The translations under genes were made by a program, and so were the position numbers. Positions 19,158-27,530 of a stretch of 64,000 nt of DNA are shown here, piece after piece. Positions within the stretch are counted from its first letter, which is position 1, and each line of letters begins with the position of its first letter. The stretch is from positions 20,162-84,161 of the forward strand of contig JAKSCK010000116.1 in NCBI GenBank assembly GCA_022360655.1, given 5' to 3'. Origin of the DNA: Spirochaetales bacterium (GTDB taxonomy: Bacteria; Spirochaetota; Spirochaetia; DSM-2461). Under the pieces are notes generated by a model. That model was not told the DNA's origin. It saw only the letters and a list, made by a program, of their open reading frames with translations, and did no database searches.

Positions 19158-19651
19158 AGAAACCCCGACTGTTTTTGGATTTAGATGGCGTTCTCGCCGA
19201 TTTTGATGCCGGAGTTCAGCAAGTGGCCGGATGTCCCCCCTCAGATCTGCCACCCCAGCGTCTCTGGCCCCTTCTGGCTCGCAGTTCCGATTTTTACAAC
19301 CGTCTTCCCTGGACCCAAGATGGAAAGCATCTGTGGGAAACGGTGAAGCATCTGAATCCCGTGATTGTCACCGGACTTCCCCGAGGCAAATGGGCCGAAC
19401 CCCAGAAGCGCAGCTGGTGTGCGCGGGAACTTGGCTCCCATGTGCCTGTTCTCTGCGGCATGGCCCGAATCAAAGGCCAGATTGCCTTAGATTGGCTGGA
19501 TGAACATGAGGAAGAAGAATGCTTGCCTGTTCTGGTGGATGACCGCATCACCGCCCAGCAAAGTTGGGAAGACATGGGGGGGCATTATGTGCTTCATTTG
19601 AATGCCCAAGAATCCTTGAAAAAACTAGCGAGTCTGGGTTTTTCTCTCTGA
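19154..19651 (+). CDS. HAD superfamily 5'(3')-deoxyribonucleotidase-like phosphatase
   Basis: 165 aa. DLDGVLADF catalytic motif I. ATGA overlap with ltaE. Confidence 0.7.
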   Translation: MKKPRLFLDLDGVLADFDAGVQQVAGCPPSDLPPQRLWPLLARSSDFYNRLPWTQDGKHLWETVKHLNPVIVTGLPRGKWAEPQKRSWCARELGSHVPVLCGMARIKGQIALDWLDEHEEEECLPVLVDDRITAQQSWEDMGGHYVLHLNAQESLKKLASLGFSL

Positions 19652-19661
19652 TTTAAACCGA

Positions 19662-19686
19662 CCCCGTCGGGAGGCACCCGCCGGGG
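19662..19686. terminator. GC-rich hairpin after the HAD gene
   Basis: ccccgtcggg (19662-19671) / cccgccgggg (19677-19686), 10-bp stem with one mismatch, 5-nt loop. No clear U-tract. Confidence 0.4.
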
Positions 19687-20005
19687 TGAAGAGAGGCGAT
19701 ACGGCTCAACCGTCACTGGAAACCCCATAGAAAACCGTGGTTTCTAAGGCACTCAAGCTAGGGGCTATGTTCCTTAAAATCGGATAACCGGTTACTCCAA
19801 CCCAAATACTGATATCACTGAAACCTGTGAAAGATAGGGACAATCTTCCATTCTCAGCACAACCAGTCATCCCATATGGTCATACAAAAAGGAGTACCAA
19901 CAATATGGACTCTACGCATGCAGGCTCCACTGAAAAAGTATACTTCACTGGCATTTCGTAGGATTTCCCCTCTCCCAGATCATTGAGAAAACAAGACGAA
20001 AATCC

Positions 20006-21112
20006 TTATGACTTTCGCTGTTTCCTTACACTTAGAAACTCCTGAGGAAGTTGTTCTGGAGTGGTATCCAGAATATAGGCCACCAAATTTTGACCAAGGG
20101 ATGTGATGCGTTCCCGTACAAGGCTGTAGGTATAGTTCCGATTATCTTTTGTATGCTCTTGAATCAATCCGGCCGCTTTTAATCTTGAGAGATGCCGGGA
20201 AACCACAGAAGAGCAAAGTCCCAAACGTTGAGCCAGCCACTTCCCGTTCACAACCTGTTCATTGAGCGCAATGTATTTGAGCATACGAAGACGTTTATCA
20301 TCTCCCAAAGCTTTGAACACCTCAAGAACTCCTTCTTTGAGTTCTCGCCGGGCCTTGAGGGATTCCTCCACGCGATTCCCATTGTAAAGAACCACCATTT
20401 TCCCATCACGATAGAATGTGACGGAACGACAGCTTTGCATTCGGCTAGATGGTATGAACTCCACTCGCTTGAAAGGTTGCCAATGGGGGAGAGGATCTGG
20501 AATAGGTTTATCTCCGCATAAACGTTTATACATTCCTTCTATTCCTAACCGGGAAAGATCATTGCCATTCTCTCGAATACTTCCCTCCCAAGATTGTTTT
20601 AAAGCAGGAATTTCCTGGGAAAAAACCTGTTCCCAATAGGTGGTCCAAAGATCCAACAAATCAAGACGGAATTGAGGAATATTTTCTGCCCAACGCAAAT
20701 CCATGTACCATCGGGCATCATGACAATCTCCCCATTCTTCAATGATTTTCGCAATTTCTTGGATGTGAGGCTCGGAAGAAAGCTTGGAATACTCTGGCAA
20801 ACTTCCCAAGAGGTACCAAACAAAATCCCGTAAGGGCATGGCTTTCACCCAAGAAAGAAAACCAGAAACATCATGATAATCCTCCCATGCACAGGCGAAC
20901 TCCGTAAAAATCACACCATGATTGAAGGGTTTATACAGTGCTTCTACTTGCTCACGAAAGGATGAACCAAGCTGGTTTTTGACAGGTTCATGAATATTTG
21001 GAGGGCACCAGGGCATGCTCAACTGCTGCAACGAAACAAGCATCTCATGAAGGGGGCTGGCCGCGAAAACCGCCATGGCCTCCACGGACTGAAAAGACTG
21101 TTGGACCGGCAT
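20006..21112 (-). CDS. ArsR-type HTH regulator with a large uncharacterised N-terminal domain (DUF5937-like architecture)
   Basis: 368 aa. C-terminal ArsR/SmtB winged helix (FKALGDDKRLRMLKYI...LAQRLGLCSSVVSRHLSRLKAAGLI). About 260 aa of N-terminal region with no motif I recognise. AGGAG SD. Confidence 0.7.
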   Translation of the reverse strand: MPVQQSFQSVEAMAVFAASPLHEMLVSLQQLSMPWCPPNIHEPVKNQLGSSFREQVEALYKPFNHGVIFTEFACAWEDYHDVSGFLSWVKAMPLRDFVWYLLGSLPEYSKLSSEPHIQEIAKIIEEWGDCHDARWYMDLRWAENIPQFRLDLLDLWTTYWEQVFSQEIPALKQSWEGSIRENGNDLSRLGIEGMYKRLCGDKPIPDPLPHWQPFKRVEFIPSSRMQSCRSVTFYRDGKMVVLYNGNRVEESLKARRELKEGVLEVFKALGDDKRLRMLKYIALNEQVVNGKWLAQRLGLCSSVVSRHLSRLKAAGLIQEHTKDNRNYTYSLVRERITSLGQNLVAYILDTTPEQLPQEFLSVRKQRKS

Positions 21113-21130
21113 AACGGCTCCTAAGAAAAA

Positions 21131-21370
21131 CTAGAACACGAGTCCCCGATTCTGATCACCTTCTGGTTGAGGGGCAAGAAATTCCTTCCATGCGTTTCGG
21201 AATGCCTGTGCCGCAAATCGAAAAGCACGAAGATAATTCATCACCTTTCGTCCAGGAAATTGGAAGAACTTCTGATGGTATCTTCGGATTCTTTTGGCTT
21301 TCCGAAATTCCTCCACCAGCTCTTGGGACTGTCTCTCATAATACAGGAGAAAGTACACATCCTGAAACAT
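21131..21370 (-). CDS. Small basic hypothetical protein (79 aa)
   Basis: ATG at 21370 lies 5 nt after GGAGG. Ends 18 nt before the ArsR-like gene. F/R/K/Q-rich, no TM segment. No family recognised. Confidence 0.45.
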   Translation of the reverse strand: MFQDVYFLLYYERQSQELVEEFRKAKRIRRYHQKFFQFPGRKVMNYLRAFRFAAQAFRNAWKEFLAPQPEGDQNRGLVF

Positions 21371-21397
21371 CATTGCCTCCATTGCTGGCTTAATTGC

Positions 21398-21421
21398 ACA
21401 TTTGCATATTTGTGCAAATGT
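21398..21421. promoter_or_regulatory. 9-6-9 perfect inverted repeat upstream of the small ORF / ArsR-like operon (candidate operator)
   Basis: acatttgca (21398-21406), tatttg, tgcaaatgt (21413-21421); 28 nt upstream of the 21370 start. Confidence 0.45.
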
Positions 21422-21469
21422 AAAGATACCAGGACTATACGTGCTGCTCGTCTTGGGGTCAAGTTGAAT

Positions 21470-22150
21470 TCAGAAAAGAATTTGCTTGGTGGCCTCCTGC
21501 CAATCCCGAACAATCATCATTCGAGAATCGTCCACATCCCCCCCTTGAGGGGAAAACCAGCAGGCGCACAAACCACAATTCAAGGCCCCTTGAACATCGG
21601 CCGTCCGTTTATCTCCAATCATCAGCACGGTCTCCGGATCAGAAATCTTTCCCATTTTCAGAGCCTGATGAAAAAAGACAGGGGAAGGTTTGGCAGCACC
21701 AACATCCTCTGAAACCACAACGAGCTGAAAGAACTTGTCCATACCAGATGCCTTGAGACGACCTCGTTGAACATCGCCTATTCCATTGCTCGCAACAGCA
21801 AGAGAAAAGAGTTGTGATGCCTTTTCTAAAAAATCAAGGGCTCCAGGAAGGACAGCATTGGATTGAGAAAGATGGGTTAAATAGGATTGGTTAAAGAGTT
21901 CAGGAGAGTGAAACCACCCCACAGCCTTCTCAAACTGACAGGCACGTTCCAAAGGCAATTCTTTTGGTTGAATTTTACCAGCCTCTAGGGCCGCCCATAG
22001 GCCATCATTGATAGTCTTATAAATATCATAAGTCTCTTCAGTGAGTTCGCACTGAGCATCCTGTGCCGTGGCTGTTAATGCCATGGCTTCACAGGCTTTA
22101 AAATCTAGAAGCGTATCGTCAATATCAATGAAAAGCCAATCGTATTCCAT
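21470..22150 (-). CDS. HAD-IA family hydrolase (YjjG-like nucleotidase/phosphatase)
   Basis: 226 aa. Motif I FIDIDDTLLDF, motif III/IV region MIGDKRTADVQGALNCG. Confidence 0.8.
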   Translation of the reverse strand: MEYDWLFIDIDDTLLDFKACEAMALTATAQDAQCELTEETYDIYKTINDGLWAALEAGKIQPKELPLERACQFEKAVGWFHSPELFNQSYLTHLSQSNAVLPGALDFLEKASQLFSLAVASNGIGDVQRGRLKASGMDKFFQLVVVSEDVGAAKPSPVFFHQALKMGKISDPETVLMIGDKRTADVQGALNCGLCACWFSPQGGDVDDSRMMIVRDWQEATKQILF

Positions 22151-22181
22151 ATTCTAGAGAATACCATGAAGCCAAACAGAA

Positions 22182-22790
22182 TTACGTTGTATTCCGTCCA
22201 TCCAAAAAAGACTCTTCCACTCTCGTTGCGACTTCGTGCCAATGATTTTTCATCTCTTCCCTTGCCTTGGCATGAGGAAGTTTTTCATGATGAAATGTGA
22301 TACCGCAACGAACATCTTTCGATGTAAAACGAATCTGCAATAGGGAATGGGCTTCCCAATCAGGATGTTCATATCGCATGCGAAGATGGGAATGATGCTG
22401 ATATGTGGTGATCCGAATTGTGCAGCCATCAGCGCTCTTCGCAACAAGATTCTGCAAATCCCAGTTTTGAGTGATGAAATGATTCCCCATCATTAAGTTA
22501 AAGCCGTCAGGTGAATCGAAAACAGCCCAAAGAACCTCGAGAGGTGCTGAGATGGTGCGGCTTACACCAATTTGGAAACGACCATCTGCGGTTTGTCCCA
22601 GCACACGTCGCCCTATGTGCCTCTCATAAAGCACCACAACCTGCTGGCTCCACCAAGGACCCAACCCTTCCTTTTCAAGAATTGCAACAAGGGCTTTATG
22701 ATCAAGATTTCTGCCATTTTGTGCCGTTAACCAGAAAAACCAGTCACGGATCTGACGTCCTGTGGCTTGGAACACCTTATCCTTGTCCAT
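22182..22790 (-). CDS. DUF4287-like N-terminal domain fused to an SRPBCC/AHSA1-like domain protein
   Basis: Start set to the ATG at 22790 (MDKDKVFQATGRQIRDWF...), just downstream of the NSS gene stop. The architecture call is from memory of these families. Confidence 0.5.
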   Translation of the reverse strand: MDKDKVFQATGRQIRDWFFWLTAQNGRNLDHKALVAILEKEGLGPWWSQQVVVLYERHIGRRVLGQTADGRFQIGVSRTISAPLEVLWAVFDSPDGFNLMMGNHFITQNWDLQNLVAKSADGCTIRITTYQHHSHLRMRYEHPDWEAHSLLQIRFTSKDVRCGITFHHEKLPHAKAREEMKNHWHEVATRVEESFLDGRNTT

Positions 22791-22813
22791 AAGACAAGGA
22801 TAAGGGATGAAAT

Positions 22814-24166
22814 CTAGCCCCAGAAGGAACGGATGATCAAAACAGTAACCAGTACTGGACAAATGAACTTCACATAGAATGGCCAAATTTTCCAGAACAC
22901 GCTGTTCTCAATTTGAGGTGATCCCTGTCGGATCTCCGAGAGGACAGAATCCCGTTTCCACACCCAGCCCACATAAAGAGCAAAAACCAAGCTGAGGGTT
23001 GGCTGAAGAATTTTGGTGGAGAGGTCAATGATGAATCCAAAGAGAAGACCAAAGTTCAAGCAAATCAATATGCTGATGGCCAAGGTCAGACCCGAAACCA
23101 AAATAACAGCTCTCCGGCGAGGTTGCTTCTTTTCTTCCACAAGGTAAGCCACAGCAGGTTCCAGCATGGAAATCGAAGAGGTGAGAGCGGCAATGCTCAT
23201 AAGAGCAAAGAACACCAAAGAAACAGGAGCCCGCAAACCTCCCATGGTTGAGAAGAGCCCAGGAAGCACCGTGAGAACAAGAGTATCAGAATTCAAAAGA
23301 TTCCCAGCCTCATCAAAAATAGCAACACCATTGTTCGCCGCCACATACATGGCTGGAATAATCAACAGTCCGGCTAAGAATGCAACACCTGTATCCACAA
23401 GCACCACTTGTGAAGCCAATCGGGGAATATTCTCATTTCGACTCAGGTAGGATCCATAAATCATCATGGTTCCCACACCAATGGACAAGGAGAAAAAGGC
23501 CTGACCGAGAGCATCCAGAATGAGGCCCATATGACCAATTCGTGAAAAATCTGGAACAAGATAACGCCGAAGACCTTCAACAGCCCCCTCTTGGAACAGC
23601 ATGAAAATCACACTCCCACCCAAGAGGATGAAAAGCATGGGCATCAATCGGCGAGACCATTTTTCAATTCCATCTCGAACACCAGCAAAGAGAATTAACG
23701 CTGTCAGTACAGCAAAGACTATAGCCATGGTGATGTTTCGAGAAACAGAAAAGCTGGAGAACCATGTGGCGGCTCCATCAAAACCAAGAAGGGAGGCAAT
23801 AGGTTCTGCTCCAGATCCAAGGAACCATCCAGCCACAATTCCGTAAAATGACAGAATAAGGATTCCTGCTAGCATTCCTGCCACACCAAAGAAAACACCA
23901 GCTCGCCGCCCGTTTTTCCCCGGAGCAATTTTTGAGAGTGATCCAACAGTGCTGCTCTGCCCATGACGACCAATCAGGAGTTCGGCAACAAGCATGGGAT
24001 ACCCCAGCACAAAAACCAGCAGAAGATAAATTAACAAGAAAGCGCCACCGCCATTACTTGCTGCTTGAGTAGGGAATCCCCAGATGTTCCCGACGCCCAC
24101 CGCTGATCCTGCGGCCGCCATAACAAACCCAATACGGGATCCAAAGACTCCACGATCCTTTTCCAT
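22814..24166 (-). CDS. Sodium-dependent transporter, NSS (SNF) family
   Basis: Start at the ATG 24166 after AAGGAG. Hallmark GSAVGVGNIWGFP motif, about 11-12 TM segments. Confidence 0.9.
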   Translation of the reverse strand: MEKDRGVFGSRIGFVMAAAGSAVGVGNIWGFPTQAASNGGGAFLLIYLLLVFVLGYPMLVAELLIGRHGQSSTVGSLSKIAPGKNGRRAGVFFGVAGMLAGILILSFYGIVAGWFLGSGAEPIASLLGFDGAATWFSSFSVSRNITMAIVFAVLTALILFAGVRDGIEKWSRRLMPMLFILLGGSVIFMLFQEGAVEGLRRYLVPDFSRIGHMGLILDALGQAFFSLSIGVGTMMIYGSYLSRNENIPRLASQVVLVDTGVAFLAGLLIIPAMYVAANNGVAIFDEAGNLLNSDTLVLTVLPGLFSTMGGLRAPVSLVFFALMSIAALTSSISMLEPAVAYLVEEKKQPRRRAVILVSGLTLAISILICLNFGLLFGFIIDLSTKILQPTLSLVFALYVGWVWKRDSVLSEIRQGSPQIENSVFWKIWPFYVKFICPVLVTVLIIRSFWG

Positions 24167-24331
24167 GAGTACTCCTTGATTTCCATGAATCTCTAGCGAT
24201 TGGCTTATGATTCTATTTGTAGAAATATCTGTCAAGCACGATTCTTTTGAATATCAGCCTTCTAGCATCCCTGGAAAAAGATTCATCATTCGTGAATTGC
24301 TTTCCAAACTGTGGTGTCTATGCTTAGGGTT

Positions 24332-25312
24332 ATGAGCGATATCAGCAAGTCAAAGTTCACGCTTAATCAGCCCACACCATCCACTCCCCCTCTCCCCAAA
24401 AACCCATGGATGGTGATGATTGCCGATGATGAACAAATGGTTCATGAAATCACCCGCCAGGTTCTTCGGTCCCTTGAATATGATGAACGTCCAGTCCAAT
24501 TCATCAGTGTCTATTCAGGGAAGGAGGCCATAGAAACCATCCAGTCTCGCAAAGATATTGCCGCCATTCTTTTGGATGTGGTGATGGAAAGTGATGAGGC
24601 TGGACTCGAGGTGGCCCGATTTATTCGCCAGGATCTAAAAAACCACTCCACACGTATTATCCTACGAACGGGACAGGCTGGGATGGCCCCGGAAAGACGG
24701 GTCATCATGGACTATGACATCAATGACTACAAAGATAAAACCGAACTCACCGCAACAAAACTTTCCACATCCATAGTGGCATCCCTTCGAGATTATAAGC
24801 TCATCACCCGATTGGAACGATGCCTCAAGGGTATGGAAAATGTGGTGGCAACCCTCCATGAACTTTTGAAGGTTCGATCTTTTGAACGATTTTCGGAAGG
24901 AATCCTCACCCAGGTTCTGTCCTTATTGGATTTGGATGAAAGTGGATTGTATGTGGATGCCTATGGTTGTACCGCTCAAGGAGCCCATGGAGATTACCGG
25001 GTGATTGCAGGAACAGGAGAATTTGCCAATCCACAATTAAAATCAGGAAATGCGCGCCTTCCCCAAGAGGTTCTTCATGTTCTTGATCAGGCCACGGAAC
25101 AAAAGAACCATATTTATCTCGAAGATGAGCTTGTTGGATACATTCCCTCTCGAAGCAATGAAATTGCCCGCCTCCTCTACTTGAGAGGAGTGAAAGGTCT
25201 TTCGCAAGATCACCATGTGCTGCTGGAAACCCTCCTCAACAACGTCACAACAGCGCTGGATACGGTGCTCGAATTGGAACAGATCGATCAATCCTCTAAG
25301 GAGGGGGTATGA
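24332..25312 (+). CDS. Response regulator: receiver domain plus GAF-like (DUF3369-type) C-terminal domain, no recognisable output domain
   Basis: Receiver features (MIADDE..., ILLDVVM phospho-Asp region, INDYKDK). C-terminal ~170 aa without HTH or an enzymatic motif. Start uncertain (GTG 24311, ATG 24320 or 24332). Confidence 0.75.
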   Translation: MSDISKSKFTLNQPTPSTPPLPKNPWMVMIADDEQMVHEITRQVLRSLEYDERPVQFISVYSGKEAIETIQSRKDIAAILLDVVMESDEAGLEVARFIRQDLKNHSTRIILRTGQAGMAPERRVIMDYDINDYKDKTELTATKLSTSIVASLRDYKLITRLERCLKGMENVVATLHELLKVRSFERFSEGILTQVLSLLDLDESGLYVDAYGCTAQGAHGDYRVIAGTGEFANPQLKSGNARLPQEVLHVLDQATEQKNHIYLEDELVGYIPSRSNEIARLLYLRGVKGLSQDHHVLLETLLNNVTTALDTVLELEQIDQSSKEGV

Positions 25313-26499
25313 AAAAGGTTCTGAACTGTGGGATTCCCTGTCACCATAAGGCTCTTTCAGAACGGCATAAAGACGAAACTTTCTTGATGGACAAGGATGG
25401 AACCATTCTTCGGGTAGGAGCCCAAGGGCCAAAGAAACTTGGATTAAAGACAGGTTTACAGGCTAAGGATGTGTTCCATCAATATCCTGATGCACTCACT
25501 CCTCTTATACGGGCTTTGAATGGACGCGCTGGACGGAGTCTTCTCACCCATAATCAAAAGCGCTTTGAGATTATTTTCACCCCTGTGAAAGATAAAGACG
25601 GAATAACAACAGGAGTCACGGGCGAAATCCATGATGTCACTGAACGTCAAAAGGGGCCTCAGGTATCGGCCCAATCTCTATTAATGGCCAATACCCAGCT
25701 GGAGCAAAGACTTCAAGGCATGCAACTTCGACTTGAAGAAGATGAACCCATGTCCACTCTTGGGAGGATGGTGGCAGGTGTCACCCATGAAATTAATACA
25801 CCTGTTGGAATTGCAAAAACAGGAATCTCCTTCATTGAAGAGAAAATCGAAGAAATCCAAAACCTGTTTTCCACTGGAAAGATGTCTCTTTCCCACCTAG
25901 AAGAAGGACTTGCTATCATTGCTGAAAGTGCATCCAGCGCCCATAGAAGTCTTGATAGAGCGGTTGAAATGATTCGGAGTTTTAAGAACATTGCCGTGGA
26001 TCAGCATTGTGAGGACATACGCGTTTTTAATTTGAAAGAAGCCGTTGAAGAAATACTCGTGAGCTTTCGGAACATGCTCAAACATGCACGGTGTGAAGTG
26101 GAAGTGGGCTGTGATCCCAACATCTATGTTGAGAGTTCCCCTGGGATTCTTTTTCAAATCATCACAAATCTTGTACGCAATACGCTGAGCCATGGCATCC
26201 CTAAGTCAGGAACACCTCTCATCCGCATCCAACTAGGCGATGAAAACAACATGCTCGCACTTCGCTATGAGGACAACGGTCCCGGCCTCAATGAAGAAGG
26301 GCACCAAAAAATCTTTGAGGCCTTCTACACAACCCGACGCGAGTCAGGTGGGACAGGTTTGGGAATGCACATTCTCTACAACATGATCACCCATGCTCTT
26401 GGGGGAACCATAGAATGTCCACCTTCCTCACCTGAAGAAGGTTTTATTTGCTCCATTCGCTATCCTGTGGAGTTTGCTGCCCGATCCCAAGTTCATTGA
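25309..26499 (+). CDS. Cytoplasmic PAS-domain sensor histidine kinase
   Basis: 396 aa, no TM segment. H-box VAGVTHEINTPVG. HATPase N/G boxes (NLVRNTLSHG, DNGPGL, GGTGLGM). ATGA overlap with the response regulator. Confidence 0.88.
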   Translation: MKKVLNCGIPCHHKALSERHKDETFLMDKDGTILRVGAQGPKKLGLKTGLQAKDVFHQYPDALTPLIRALNGRAGRSLLTHNQKRFEIIFTPVKDKDGITTGVTGEIHDVTERQKGPQVSAQSLLMANTQLEQRLQGMQLRLEEDEPMSTLGRMVAGVTHEINTPVGIAKTGISFIEEKIEEIQNLFSTGKMSLSHLEEGLAIIAESASSAHRSLDRAVEMIRSFKNIAVDQHCEDIRVFNLKEAVEEILVSFRNMLKHARCEVEVGCDPNIYVESSPGILFQIITNLVRNTLSHGIPKSGTPLIRIQLGDENNMLALRYEDNGPGLNEEGHQKIFEAFYTTRRESGGTGLGMHILYNMITHALGGTIECPPSSPEEGFICSIRYPVEFAARSQVH

Positions 26500-26501
26500 A
26501 A

Positions 26502-27530
26502 TCACGTACTGGATCGAATCAAGAGTTCAGGCGGAAAGTAACAGTGTGGATTTGAGGTGCATTCCTCATCAAAAAGCAGGGAATGCAGCTGATGGCAGGC
26601 CGCTTCTGTGAGACGCTCTCGGGGTTGATGGATGGTGGTGAGGGCAGGCATGGCCATACGGCTGACGGGACTATCATCAAATCCAATAACTTTGAGATTT
26701 TGTGGAATGGAAACTCCATGCTCTCTTGCTGCATTCAGAAAGCCAAAGGCCATGAGATCGGCCTGCACAAACACCCCATCATAGTGGAGCCACTGTTCTG
26801 GCATTTGCTCAAAGAGTCGATATCCAGCCTCATAACTGCATTCACAATCAAAAATCTCTGGAGAAGAAAAACCTTTTTTTTGGAGACTCTGACAAAACCC
26901 CTCCGTTCGAGGTTTTGATTCTTCAGAAGGGGAATGTATCTGAACCGTGGCCATGCGCTGGCATCCCACATCCATCAGGTGCTGAGCAGCAAGATGTCCT
27001 CCAAGAACATCATCACAAAAAAATCCATCAACACCTTCCATCACAGGGTTTTGGGGATGCATATGCACATGCACTAAGGGAAGGTGGCGTTCGGCAATCA
27101 AAGCATAATCTTCATGCCTCACATCCGGATGAACAATCACAAAACCATCAACCTTGTTCTGACGAATCAAACGTGCCAAATTGCTTTGACCGTCATGGCT
27201 TCGATACGCCTCAACAAGGAGGGCATCAAGTCCAACAGCCTCTAGGTTATGACGTAAGTCCCGGAACAGTTCATTGGTGTAGAGAGAAACTCGAAACTCA
27301 TCAAGCACAGAGGGATACACCACACCAACAAGACCAGTCCGTCGGTTTTTCATCCGGCGAGCCCCTTCATTGAACTCAAAGCCCACCCGGTCTGCAATCT
27401 CCCGGATGTGTTTTTTTGTTGCAGAGTTCACCAAAGGACTGTCATTGAGGGCACGAGAAACTGTGGAATGACTCACACCTGCAAGTCGAGCCACATCTTT
27501 AATCGTGAGTTCGCCCCTTCCCTTCATCAT
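26502..27530 (-). CDS. LacI family transcriptional regulator
   Basis: HTH TIKDVARLAGVSHSTVSRALN plus a periplasmic-binding-fold core. The ATG overlaps the GH4 stop (TAATG). Confidence 0.9.
   Translation of the reverse strand: MMKGRGELTIKDVARLAGVSHSTVSRALNDSPLVNSATKKHIREIADRVGFEFNEGARRMKNRRTGLVGVVYPSVLDEFRVSLYTNELFRDLRHNLEAVGLDALLVEAYRSHDGQSNLARLIRQNKVDGFVIVHPDVRHEDYALIAERHLPLVHVHMHPQNPVMEGVDGFFCDDVLGGHLAAQHLMDVGCQRMATVQIHSPSEESKPRTEGFCQSLQKKGFSSPEIFDCECSYEAGYRLFEQMPEQWLHYDGVFVQADLMAFGFLNAAREHGVSIPQNLKVIGFDDSPVSRMAMPALTTIHQPRERLTEAACHQLHSLLFDEECTSNPHCYFPPELLIRSST

Noticed and set aside
19652-20005. Possibility that the 354-bp gap encodes tmRNA, RNase P RNA, SRP RNA or a cobalamin riboswitch.
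   Set aside because: I found no tRNA-like 3' end or GGTTCGA-type T-arm, no RNase P GAGGAAAGTCC core, no SRP GGAA/AGCA domain IV motif and no B12 box on either strand. The region remains unexplained and is reported as a finding.
21167-21712. 181-aa plus-strand ORF crossing the 21383-21469 intergenic palindrome.
   Set aside because: Overlaps the HAD gene and the small ORF in antisense; no SD and no motif.
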